Assembly (NCBI GenBank): GCA_035258465.1
Contig: DATEVP010000139.1
Coordinates: 1 to 49,829, forward strand
From: Hyphomicrobiaceae bacterium
Lineage (GTDB): Bacteria; Pseudomonadota; Alphaproteobacteria; Rhizobiales; Hyphomicrobiaceae
Reading direction: 5' to 3'
DNA: 49,829 nucleotides
Shown piece by piece: positions 1 to 8,097 of this stretch. Numbering within the stretch: the first letter of the stretch is position 1; each line of letters opens with the position of its first letter. The notes under the pieces were generated by a model. The model ran no database searches, had not been told where the DNA came from, and worked only from the letters and a program-made list of their open reading frames with translations. The position numbers and the translations under genes were made by a program.

Positions 1-899
1 CCGACCGGGAGATCGATGGTGGTCTCCGGCCAGCGCGCGCTCTCGGGCACCCAGCCGCCGTCCGTGCACGTGACCGAGAAGTGGTAGCCGTGCATGTGGA
101 TCGGATGGTTGGTCATGGTCAGATTGCCGACCCGCACGCGCACACGGTCGCCCTGGCGCACGGCCAGATGGTCGATGCCGGGAAAGACGCGTGAGTTGAA
201 GGCCCACAAGTTGAATTCGAGCATGGTGTTGACTTTCGGCACATAGCTGCCGGGCTCGACGTCGAAGGCGTTGAGCAGGAAGACGAAGTCGCGATCGACG
301 CGCATGAGCTTGGGGTCGCGCGGATGCACGATGAACATCCCCATCATGCCCATGGCCATCTGCACCATCTCGTCGGCGTGCGGGTGGTACATGAAGGTGC
401 CGCTCTTGCTCACCTGCCACTCGTAGACGAAGGTCTTGCCCGGCTGGATGTGCGGCTGCGTGAGGCCGCCCACGCCGTCCATGCCGTTGGGCAGCAGCAT
501 GCCGTGCCAGTGGATGGTGGTGTGCTCGGGCAGTCTGTTGGTGACGAAGATGCGCACCTTGTCGCCTTCCACGCACTCGATGGTGGGACCCGGCGACTGG
601 CCGTTGTAGCCCCACAGATGGGCCTTCATGCCGGGTGCGAGCTCGCGCACCACGGGCTCGGCGACGAGATGGAACTCCTTCCAATCGCCGTTCATGCGCC
701 AGGGCAGCGTCCAGCCATTGAGCGTGACGACCGGCCGATAGTCGGGGCCCGACTGCGGAAACAGCGGCGGCTGCATCAGGGGCGAGGCCTGGCTCGGCGC
801 CTCGGGGACGGCGGCGAAGGCGCTGCGGCCGCTGACCTGGCTGACGCTCGCGAGCGCAAGCCCGGAGCTTGCGAGAAAGGTCCGGCGTGAGATGGTCAT
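1..899 (-). CDS. Multicopper oxidase (CopA/CueO-like), N-terminal ~299 aa; C-terminus lies outside the window
   Basis: Absent from the ORF track because it runs off the window edge. My minus-strand translation from ATG (cat at 897-899) gives MTISRRTFLASSGLALASV... (twin-arginine signal), then ...EHTTIHWHGM..., ...FMYHPHADE... and ...NHPIHMHGYHF..., the copper-ligand His motifs of multicopper oxidases. The + ORFs 324..890 and 869..1786 are antisense shadows. Confidence 0.85.
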   Translation of the reverse strand, partial: MTISRRTFLASSGLALASVSQVSGRSAFAAVPEAPSQASPLMQPPLFPQSGPDYRPVVTLNGWTLPWRMNGDWKEFHLVAEPVVRELAPGMKAHLWGYNGQSPGPTIECVEGDKVRIFVTNRLPEHTTIHWHGMLLPNGMDGVGGLTQPHIQPGKTFVYEWQVSKSGTFMYHPHADEMVQMAMGMMGMFIVHPRDPKLMRVDRDFVFLLNAFDVEPGSYVPKVNTMLEFNLWAFNSRVFPGIDHLAVRQGDRVRVRVGNLTMTNHPIHMHGYHFSVTCTDGGWVPESARWPETTIDLPV

Positions 900-922
900 G
901 GGTGACGCTCCTGTCATTGGCC

Positions 923-2392
923 TCAGTGCGCGTCCGCTTCGCCGGCCCCGCCGCTTGCGGCTCTCGGCGGCGGCTCGGCCGACGCGCCGCCGCCGGCGAT
1001 GGCGGCATGCAGCTCGACCGTGGCGAGCCAGAAGTCGCGCCGGGCTTCGATCGCCTGCACGTTGGCCAGCACGCGCGCCCGCGCATCCGCGATCAGGGCA
1101 AAGAGATCGCGGGTCATGGCGTTGTAGTTGAGCAGCGCCTCGTCGGCGACGATCTTGCGCAGCGGCAGCACCTCGCGCTCGTAGTGCCGCGCCAGATCGT
1201 AGGTGCCGCGATAGAGCTGATAGGCTTCGCGCGCCTGCGAGCGGGTATTGACTGCGCGCTCGAGCAGGCGATTGACCGCCTGCATGTAGGTTTCCTCGGC
1301 CAGCCGCACGCGCGCCTCGCCGAAATCGTAGATGGGGATCTGGACCTCCAGCTCGAGGCCGCGCCGGCTGACCTTGTCGACCTCCGGCAGCCCGGCGACG
1401 GTCTTGGTCTCCTTCTCCGACGTGCTGATGCCGCTGACCTCGAGCACGTTGATCAAGCGCGTCTTGCGCACCAGGCCCAGCTGGAGCGCGAGGGCGTCCA
1501 GCTCCAGGCGCGCGACGACGAGGTCGGCGCGGCGCAGTACTGCCTCCCGCTCGATGCTGGCTGTCGACGCCGGCTTGGCTGGCAGCGCCGGAAGCTTGCT
1601 CGGCATTACGAAGCGCGCATCTGCCCCCCACAGCGCCAATGCCCTGATCAGGCGCTCGCGCTCCACGCGCTGCCGCAGCCGCGCGGTTGCGAGCTGCGCG
1701 CTCACGTCCGCATGGAACGCATGCTGGCGCGCCTGGTCGAGCTTCGACATCGCGCCAGTTTCACCGAGCTGCTTGGCGAGGTCTGAGACGGCCTCGGCCG
1801 AGAGCCGTGCCTCCTCGAACGATCTTGCCGCCTCGCTGGCGGCGAGCGCACGGTAATAGGCGCGCATGGCGTCCACCGACGCTCGCAACGTGGCTTCGAT
1901 CGCGCGCGCCTGGGCGGCCTTGAAGCGCGCCTGCGCGATCTCTCGCCGCCGCGGCATGGTCAGCAGCGCCAGCACGTTCTGCAGGATCTGCCGCTCGATC
2001 TCGAAGCCGCCGGAGCCCACCAGGCGCTGCAGGGAAATGGTGGGCGCGGGAGGCAGGCTCGCCTCCAGGAGCTGCGCTTCCGAGATTCCAAGCTCGTTGA
2101 ACGCTGCTTGCAGGCCGCGATGATTGAGGAGCGCGATCTGGACGGCGCTCGATAGGGTCAGCGGCTTCGCCAGCAGACTTCTCACCCGCGCCGAAACGAG
2201 GGCCGCGTCGCGGTCGTCGCGAATCTTGACGACCTCCTTGCCGAGATCCGCCTGCGCGGCAGTCTCGACGGCAAGCATGCCGTCATCGCGCGCGAGCTCC
2301 GCGCAGCCGCTCGTTGCCAGAGCGACCGCGACGATCGCGATCGCCATCCGGGCATCGCCTCGTGCAGCCCGGAACATTTCTCGCGTGTGCAT
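923..2392 (-). CDS. TolC-family outer-membrane efflux lipoprotein
   Basis: ORF 923..2485. The TolC/OprM-like pattern runs through the protein (LLNHRGLQAAFNELGISEAQLLEA..., NYNAMTRDLFALIADARARV...). I place the start at the internal Met (2390-2392, MHTREMF...) because a lipobox-like signal (AVALATSGC) follows it and this removes the overlap with ORF 2406..2690. Position 2485 is the alternative start. Confidence 0.8.
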   Translation of the reverse strand: MHTREMFRAARGDARMAIAIVAVALATSGCAELARDDGMLAVETAAQADLGKEVVKIRDDRDAALVSARVRSLLAKPLTLSSAVQIALLNHRGLQAAFNELGISEAQLLEASLPPAPTISLQRLVGSGGFEIERQILQNVLALLTMPRRREIAQARFKAAQARAIEATLRASVDAMRAYYRALAASEAARSFEEARLSAEAVSDLAKQLGETGAMSKLDQARQHAFHADVSAQLATARLRQRVERERLIRALALWGADARFVMPSKLPALPAKPASTASIEREAVLRRADLVVARLELDALALQLGLVRKTRLINVLEVSGISTSEKETKTVAGLPEVDKVSRRGLELEVQIPIYDFGEARVRLAEETYMQAVNRLLERAVNTRSQAREAYQLYRGTYDLARHYEREVLPLRKIVADEALLNYNAMTRDLFALIADARARVLANVQAIEARRDFWLATVELHAAIAGGGASAEPPPRAASGGAGEADAH

Positions 2393-2405
2393 GGCGCCTC
2401 CGGCC

Positions 2406-2690
2406 TCAGGGCTTGCGCTGCGGGGGAGGCGGCGCCGGCGCCGCGTCGCCGTCTCGAGCCGGTGGCACGGCTGGGGCGCTGTCATCGGCCTGCTTGCTCT
2501 TCGGCATCACGCGCCGGTTCACCTCGCCCCATGGCAGCGGCTCGACCGGGCGATAGCTCTTCGTGCCTGCGGTGACGGGGCCGTAGGCGGACCGGGGCAC
2601 GCTGGCTTCGGCATCATCAGGGCCGGCGGAGCTCGCCTGCGAGGGAATCGCGATGGCGAGGCCAAGCATGAGAAGCAATCGCGCACGCAT
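2406..2690 (-). CDS. Small secreted Pro/Ala-rich protein (94 aa), function unknown
   Basis: ORF 2406..2690 has an N-terminal signal peptide (MRARLLLMLGLAIAIPSQASSA). It is co-directional with and 13 nt upstream of the TolC gene. No family recognised. Confidence 0.5.
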   Translation of the reverse strand: MRARLLLMLGLAIAIPSQASSAGPDDAEASVPRSAYGPVTAGTKSYRPVEPLPWGEVNRRVMPKSKQADDSAPAVPPARDGDAAPAPPPPQRKP

Positions 2691-2746
2691 GGCGTTGCGC
2701 CTTCTTGACGGGAGGCTCAGTGGAATTCCGATCGGCGGTGCGGCTT

Positions 2747-3169
2747 TTACAGGGCCGTCGCGCGCGGCGGACGTTCGATGCCGACGGGCTGCCGGCCCGC
2801 GGAGACGGCTGCGACCGGCGGCTCGAGCTGTTGGCCGGCATCGTCGGGTGGGCTGAGAACCCCGATCGTGATGGCCGCGCTTGCGTGGCAGAGCGCGCCG
2901 CCACAGCAGCAGCGGCTGTCATGCGTCGGCGGGGCGGGCGCCTGGGGCAGTGCCGCCAAGTCAGACAGTTGGTGTGCCTTGCCGGCTCCTTGCAAGGCAA
3001 CGGCGCCATCCGTCGGGGCTATGCCGCCGGCCGACCCGTGAGCAACGACGGCAACGTCACCGGAGCTGGCAGGATGGTAGGAACCATGGGCAGCCGCCGG
3101 TGCGCTTGCCGCCAGCACGAAAAACCCCGCCAAAAGGGCTCCGAGAAACAGTTTCAGCTTGACGCCCAT
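2747..3169 (-). CDS. Secreted His/Cys-containing protein, candidate periplasmic metal-binding accessory
   Basis: ORF 2747..3199. I place the start at the internal Met (3167-3169, MGVKLKLFLGALLAGFFVLAASAPAAAHG), which begins a signal peptide. It contains HDSRCCCGGALCH and several His. It is co-directional with the copper cluster. Function is inferred from context only. Confidence 0.45.
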   Translation of the reverse strand: MGVKLKLFLGALLAGFFVLAASAPAAAHGSYHPASSGDVAVVAHGSAGGIAPTDGAVALQGAGKAHQLSDLAALPQAPAPPTHDSRCCCGGALCHASAAITIGVLSPPDDAGQQLEPPVAAVSAGRQPVGIERPPRATAL

Positions 3170-3583
3170 TGCAGCGGTAGGACCTGGCCCTGCCTTCAAT
3201 TGCGGAATTGAGTCGACCCAGAAACACTAGGTACGCAGCGCCAACCAGTCAACCATCGCCGGGCGGGCCAGCCGTCGCATGCGGATCCGCGGCCACAGTC
3301 TCGCGGACTATGAACGCATGTGCGCCCAATCGGCGCCCGGCCCGGCGCGCGGCCTAGCCTGTCTGCTGGACAATCCGCGCGCGCTCAGCCCGCAGTGTCG
3401 CGACGCCCTCGCCAAGCAGGGGCCCTTCGACGAAGAACCGGAGATGCGGGAGTTCCGCCTAGCGCCGCTTGCACAGCCCTCTCCACTCGTCCGCGTCGTA
3501 GGAGAGGGGCGGCTGACCGTTCCAATCGATGATGGTCAGGGGCAGGCGGCGGCAATGGGTCACAGTGTGCTGGGTCGAGTGCC

Positions 3584-4402
3584 TCATCGCATGTCCGCTA
3601 GATAGTGCCCGTCGCGCAGGTAGCATTGCGCAAGGCGCAACTCGACGGGGGTCCCCTCGCTGGAATAGGCGATGCGGTCCAGCGACAGCACTGCTGTGCC
3701 TTCCGGGACCTGAAGGCGTTCTGCGACGCTCCCGCCCGCCACGAGAGCGGAGACCCTTTCCTGCGCGCGGGCCAGCGCGATCCCATACCTCACCGCAACG
3801 TCGGCGAGTTGGTAGGGAGTGCTGGCGCGCTCTGCCAGCTCGGGAAACAACGCCTCCGGCATACTGCTGTGCTCGAGCATGTATGGGCTCCCATCAAGGA
3901 CCCGCAGCCGCTCAATGCGAAAGACCTTCTGCGGACCGCCGAGCTGCAGTCGTGATCGCTCCTTGTCATCGGCCGGGCCTATCGACACTTGAACATCTTC
4001 GAAGGTGGCGGAAACCCATTCTCCGTTTGCCGTCCTGGCATTGTCGAAGCGGAAGGCCAGCGTCCGCAAAGGCTGATCGTTGACGAAGGTTCCGCGCCCC
4101 TGGCGGCGGGAAACGAGGTGGTCGGCCTCCAGGATATCGAGCGCTTTCCTCAGGGTGCCGGCGCTGACACCCATCTCGCGCGCCAAGTCCGTCTCGTTGG
4201 GAAGCACTGCCCCAGGCTCCCTAACCCCTTTGGCGATCTGTTCGGCCAGCACCTCGTGCACCAGCTGAAACAAGGGCTTCCTGGACAGGCCCTTTCCCGC
4301 GGACGGCCGTGGCGGATCGACTTCCTCACCGCCTGCGTTGGTCTGTGCAAGGCTCGTGTGCGGTCCGCGCTGTGCGGGGTCGCGACCGGACGAATTCACC
4401 AT
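3584..4402 (-). CDS. GntR-family transcriptional regulator, HutC/UTRA subfamily
   Basis: ORF 3584..4402 has a GntR wHTH (LPNETDLAREMGVSAGTLRKALDILEADHLVSRRQGRGTFV) followed by a UTRA-like effector domain. Confidence 0.85.
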   Translation of the reverse strand: MVNSSGRDPAQRGPHTSLAQTNAGGEEVDPPRPSAGKGLSRKPLFQLVHEVLAEQIAKGVREPGAVLPNETDLAREMGVSAGTLRKALDILEADHLVSRRQGRGTFVNDQPLRTLAFRFDNARTANGEWVSATFEDVQVSIGPADDKERSRLQLGGPQKVFRIERLRVLDGSPYMLEHSSMPEALFPELAERASTPYQLADVAVRYGIALARAQERVSALVAGGSVAERLQVPEGTAVLSLDRIAYSSEGTPVELRLAQCYLRDGHYLADMR

Positions 4403-4613
4403 GCCTTGTCCAATTCATTGTCTGGCCACCCCCATTGTCGCTGCAACGGGCAATTCGGTGTAATATGATTAGCCTGCGGAGGAGAACACTGACTTGACCG
4501 CAGTTGTTCCGGATTTGACATCCGGTGTGAGCGGCCGCAAGCGAGGAACGGCGAACCAATCCGGCCGGCGTCGATTGCGCTCTCGACCGGCCAGTCTTGG
4601 GGAGCCACCCGCG

Positions 4614-5633
4614 ATGGGCTCTTCAGCCGGCCAGCCAACGGCCCTGGCGCAGACCCTCGTCACGATCGAGAGGTTCATGCGCAAGCAGGGGCTCAACTAC
4701 CAACGCGCCGCACGCGCGGTTGGAATCGATCCGTCCGTTGTCAAGATTGCCGATGCGCGAATACCCCTGCGCAGCCTGGCACGGCTCCTGGAGAACGTCG
4801 CTCGGGAGACTGGCAACGACGCGTTCGGCGCGCAGCTGGGGGAAACGTTCCGGTCGGGGACGACAGGCACCCTCGACTACGTGATCGGCAACGCGCCGAC
4901 GCTGCGCGTTGCGCTCCACGACTACGTCAGGTTCCTAGCCCTGGTCTCGGACCGCTTGGAGCCGCGGCTCGAGGAGCGACCAGGGATGAGCTACATGGTG
5001 ACACCCCTGCCGGCCGCATTCGGCCCGAGCGCCCAATTGATGGACGCGCAAACGGCCGTCCGGGTCGCCCGCATTCGCCACATCACGCGCGACCCTTCGT
5101 TCCCGCTGCGGGTCGAGTTCCACCGTGCCAAGCCGAGGGCCATTGCCGAGTTCAGGCGCGTCTTCGGCCCGAGCGTGCGTTTCGAGCAGCCCGAGAATCG
5201 CATCGGCATCCCCACCCGCACCCTGGACAAGAAGCTGCCGGCGGCAGATGCGCAGCTGTACAGGGTTCTCGTGCAGGCCGCCAAGAAGGCGCTGGAGGAG
5301 CAGGAGCAGACCGACGACACGGTGTCTCGCCTGATAACCTACATCAGCACCGGCCTACCCCACGGCGAAGTGAGCATTGCCGCCGCCGCCCAGGCTTGCG
5401 GCCTGTCCGTTCACGCGCTCAGGCGCCAGCTTGCGCAGGTCGGCACGACATTTCGCGGCGTGCTCCATGACACCCGAAGGGCCATGGCTGGTCACTACAT
5501 CATCGAAACCACCCTCCCCCTCACGGAGATCGCCTTTCTTCTGGGGTTTTCCGAACTCAGCGCCTTGTCGCGGGCCGCGAAGGCTTGGTTTGGCCGCACG
5601 CCGCGGGAGTTGCGCAAGCGGGGCCGCGCCTGA
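4614..5633 (+). CDS. AraC-family transcriptional regulator
   Basis: ORF 4494..5633 has a C-terminal AraC HTH (LTEIAFLLGFSELSALSRAAKAWFGRTPRELR). The track start is a TTG. I prefer ATG at 4614 (MGSSAGQ...), which gives ~340 aa. The start remains uncertain. Confidence 0.8.
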   Translation: MGSSAGQPTALAQTLVTIERFMRKQGLNYQRAARAVGIDPSVVKIADARIPLRSLARLLENVARETGNDAFGAQLGETFRSGTTGTLDYVIGNAPTLRVALHDYVRFLALVSDRLEPRLEERPGMSYMVTPLPAAFGPSAQLMDAQTAVRVARIRHITRDPSFPLRVEFHRAKPRAIAEFRRVFGPSVRFEQPENRIGIPTRTLDKKLPAADAQLYRVLVQAAKKALEEQEQTDDTVSRLITYISTGLPHGEVSIAAAAQACGLSVHALRRQLAQVGTTFRGVLHDTRRAMAGHYIIETTLPLTEIAFLLGFSELSALSRAAKAWFGRTPRELRKRGRA

Positions 5634-5756
5634 AGCCCTTCGCCAGCGTGGCGGCTGCACGTTCATGAGTTCACGGCCCGGTGCGTGGATCGTCGGCCTT
5701 GACCGCAAGAGCGGACAGCCGGAGATTGCCGATCTCACGACAGGAGAGAGACGGCG

Positions 5757-6632
5757 ATGAAAGAGACGATCGGCTGGATTGGCGTCGGCAGCATGGGCCA
5801 CCGCATGAGCCGCCACCTGGTGGCGGCGGGCTATCCCGTGGTGGTCGCGGATGCGGTCAGCACCGCGCGTGCGCCGGAGGGTGCAACCGTCGCCAAGAGC
5901 AACGCCGAAGTGGCGGGCCGCGCCGACATCGTCATTCTTTCGCTGCCCGACGGCGCGGCGTCCGTGGCGGTGGCGCGCGAAATCGCCGCAGCATCGCCCC
6001 GCCGGGTCAAGACCGTGATCGACACCTCGACGATCGGCATCAAGGCGGCGGAGGAGGTGGCCTCCGTGCTGGCCGCCGCGGACATCGCCTTCATCGATGC
6101 GCCGGTCTCCGGCGGCACCGCCGGCGCCGACAAGGCCAGCCTCGCCATCATGCTGGCGTGCGCGCCGGACGCCTTCGAGCGCTTCAAGCCGCTGGTGAGC
6201 CTGATGGGCAAGCCGTTCTACGTGGGCCCGAGACCGGGCCAGGGCCAGGCGGTCAAGCTCTTGAACAACTTCCTGTCCGCCACGGCGCTGGCGGCCACCT
6301 CGGAGGCGATCGCCTTCGGCACCGGCCAGGGCATCGACATGAAGACGATCCTCGACATCGTCAACGCCTCGTCGGGCCGCAACTCGGCGACCGACGACAA
6401 GTTTCCCCGCCGCATCATGCATGGCCGTTTCGACGCCGGCTTCACGGCCAAGCTCCAGCTCAAGGACATCAGCCTCTATCTGGAGAATGCCAAGACCGCC
6501 GGCATTGCCGACGAGATCGCCAACGTCGTCGTCGATGTGTGGCGGCGCATGGAGGCGGCGATCCCCGGTGCGGACATCACGCAAATGTATCCCTACACCC
6601 AGACGGGCCGGCCTCGATCCGCTCGTTCCTGA
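5757..6632 (+). CDS. NAD(P)-dependent oxidoreductase, 3-hydroxyisobutyrate/6-phosphogluconate dehydrogenase-like
   Basis: ORF 5757..6632 has an N-terminal Rossmann motif (IGWIGVGSMGHRMSRHLVAAGYPVVVAD) and the expected length of 291 aa. Confidence 0.85.
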   Translation: MKETIGWIGVGSMGHRMSRHLVAAGYPVVVADAVSTARAPEGATVAKSNAEVAGRADIVILSLPDGAASVAVAREIAAASPRRVKTVIDTSTIGIKAAEEVASVLAAADIAFIDAPVSGGTAGADKASLAIMLACAPDAFERFKPLVSLMGKPFYVGPRPGQGQAVKLLNNFLSATALAATSEAIAFGTGQGIDMKTILDIVNASSGRNSATDDKFPRRIMHGRFDAGFTAKLQLKDISLYLENAKTAGIADEIANVVVDVWRRMEAAIPGADITQMYPYTQTGRPRSARS

Positions 6633-6729
6633 AGCCTGGGCATGATGTGGGCAGGGCGAGCGTGGAGAGGGCCCGAGGGGCAAGGGGGAGCGCGCGGGCC
6701 AAGCGCCACTCGGTTCACCGATAGCGCAA

Positions 6730-7053
6730 CTACCGTCCCTGATACGCCGGCGTGCGCACGACGAGGCCGTCGAGCTCCTCCGTCACCTTGATCTGGCAGG
6801 ACAGCCGCGAGTTGGGCCGCACGTCGAAGGCCGTGTCGAGCTGGTCCTCCTCCTCCTCGCTGCGCTCGCCGACCCTGCCCACCCAGGCCTCGTCCACGTA
6901 GACCATGCAGGTGGCGCAGGTGCACGAGCCGCCGCATTCGGCGACGATGCCGGTGACGCCTCCCTTGAGCGCCGTTTCCATGACGGTGGCACCGATTTCG
7001 GCCTCGACCGTGTGCACGGCGCCATCGTGCTCGATGTAGGTGATCTTCGGCAT
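6730..7053 (-). CDS. 2Fe-2S ferredoxin, adrenodoxin/putidaredoxin type
   Basis: ORF 6730..7053 (107 aa) has the cluster-ligand pattern [15 protein letters not shown] ... RLSCQIKV. Confidence 0.9.
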   Translation of the reverse strand: MPKITYIEHDGAVHTVEAEIGATVMETALKGGVTGIVAECGGSCTCATCMVYVDEAWVGRVGERSEEEEDQLDTAFDVRPNSRLSCQIKVTEELDGLVVRTPAYQGR

Positions 7054-7297
7054 CGGGGCGGGCCAACCTGCTCAATGAATCATCCCGCGGCAATATAATG
7101 CATGCGAGCGCAAGGCCAAGCGCAATGGCCTGAGCAAAGGCCCATGACGCGGGAGATGCTGAGGCCAGGCGCCGGCGCGCAAGGAGGCACGGGGCCTGCC
7201 AGGGCGAGCCGGCTGTGGCTTGCAGGCTGTTCCCTACGTAACAGCCTCTCCAAAGGGCTGGGCGCAAGTCTGGGAGACCGATCCGAAGAGGTCTCCC

Positions 7298-7417
7298 ATG
7301 GCGAAGACAGCGCTCCTGGTATTTGCCCTGGCTCTCGGCATCAGCGTCCTGTTGCTTGCGCTGCTTGTCGCGGTGCCGCCCACGCCTCCATCCTCACCGG
7401 CATCCGCCACCCGATGA
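7298..7417 (+). CDS. Possible 39-aa hydrophobic mini-protein
   Basis: This is the internal Met of ORF 7220..7417 (MAKTALLVFALALGISVLLLALLVAVPPTPP...), preceded by AGAGG about 8 nt upstream. It is weakly supported and could be noise. Confidence 0.2.
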   Translation: MAKTALLVFALALGISVLLLALLVAVPPTPPSSPASATR

Positions 7418-7436
7418 GTGCGTGGATTTTCATTTT

Positions 7437-7486
7437 CCGACCACGGCAGGACTTGAACCTGCGACCCCATGATTGGGATTTCGAGC
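7437..7486 (-). pseudogene. 3'-half tRNA fragment (anticodon loop to acceptor end, no CCA), diverged copy of the fragment at 10711
   Basis: The minus strand reads ATCCCAA-TCATG-GGGTC-GCAGG-TTCAAGT-CCTGC-CGTGGTC-G. That is a loop, 3' anticodon stem, variable loop, a perfect T arm and the 3' acceptor strand. No complementary 5' acceptor strand, D arm or 5' anticodon stem lies upstream. Confidence 0.5.
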
Positions 7487-7539
7487 TATCGCCTCCAACC
7501 ATATGATTTCGCGCAGAGAGCGTTTTGCACTGAGCTTAG

Positions 7540-7572
7540 CAGCCGCCGCCCGCGGCGAGCGGGCGGCGGCTG
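7540..7572 (-). terminator. Perfect 14-bp GC hairpin downstream of the 7597..7881 gene (no U-tract)
   Basis: CAGCCGCCGCCCGC-ggcga-GCGGGCGGCGGCTG, read directly from the sequence. It lies 25 nt past the stop of the minus-strand small gene. Confidence 0.4.
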
Positions 7573-7596
7573 AACAAGCTTCGAGACGATGAACGG

Positions 7597-7881
7597 CTAT
7601 GGACTGCCCTCACCGTTGCTGGTCCGGCCCATGACTTCCCACCATTTGGGCGAGCCGAACGGCACGGAGCCCAAAAGATGCTCGGATGGATGGTTCTGCC
7701 GCGCCATCGTCGCATCGGTGCCGGGGCTCGCCGGCTTCGGTGCCGTGGCTTTCTGATAGGCATAGACCTTGGTGTTGGGATTGGTTTGATTTTGGGTCTG
7801 CGCGGTTTGTGCTAAGGCGACCGTCGCTGCGCCAGCAAGGAGTGCCGCGCCGGCAAGCGCTGTCAGGAGGTTTCTCATCAT
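7597..7881 (-). CDS. Small secreted protein (94 aa), unknown function
   Basis: This is the internal Met of the shadow-extended ORF 7597..8403. MMRNLLTALAGAALLAGAATVALAQ is a signal peptide, and a strong RBS (GAGGAAGCC) sits directly upstream of the ATG at 7879-7881. Confidence 0.6.
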   Translation of the reverse strand: MMRNLLTALAGAALLAGAATVALAQTAQTQNQTNPNTKVYAYQKATAPKPASPGTDATMARQNHPSEHLLGSVPFGSPKWWEVMGRTSNGEGSP

Positions 7882-7967
7882 GGCTTCCTCAGTTGCGTGG
7901 ACGAACCGCCGACGCCGGAACGAGGCGGCAGGCGTCGTAGACAATGAGTCGGCCCGTGCCGGCGAGC

Positions 7968-8001
7968 AAAAAAAGCAGCCCCCAGCAGGAGGCGCTGGGG
8001 G
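7968..8001 (-). terminator. Minus-oriented intrinsic terminator with no obvious upstream gene
   Basis: An 8-bp stem CCCCCAGC/GCTGGGGG (7979-7986 / 7994-8001) has a 7-nt loop. On the minus strand it is followed by CTGC-TTTTTTT (A-run 7968-7974 on the + strand). Confidence 0.45.
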
Positions 8002-8097
8002 GTGATGCCAAGCGCGCAATTGTCCTAACATTGCCACGGGCGCCGCCATAGGTGGCGGATGGAGCCCGTCCGAGCTGGTCCTGCCAAAAGGGAGCCG

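Noticed and set aside
3279-3605. ORF with one copy of a bacterial cysteine-rich repeat pattern (DYERMCAQSAPGPARGLACLLDNPRALSPQCRDALAK)
   Set aside because: Only a single repeat is present and there is no signal peptide. The second half is low-complexity and overlaps the 3' end of the GntR gene. It is probably a relic or chance match, so I did not list it as a feature.
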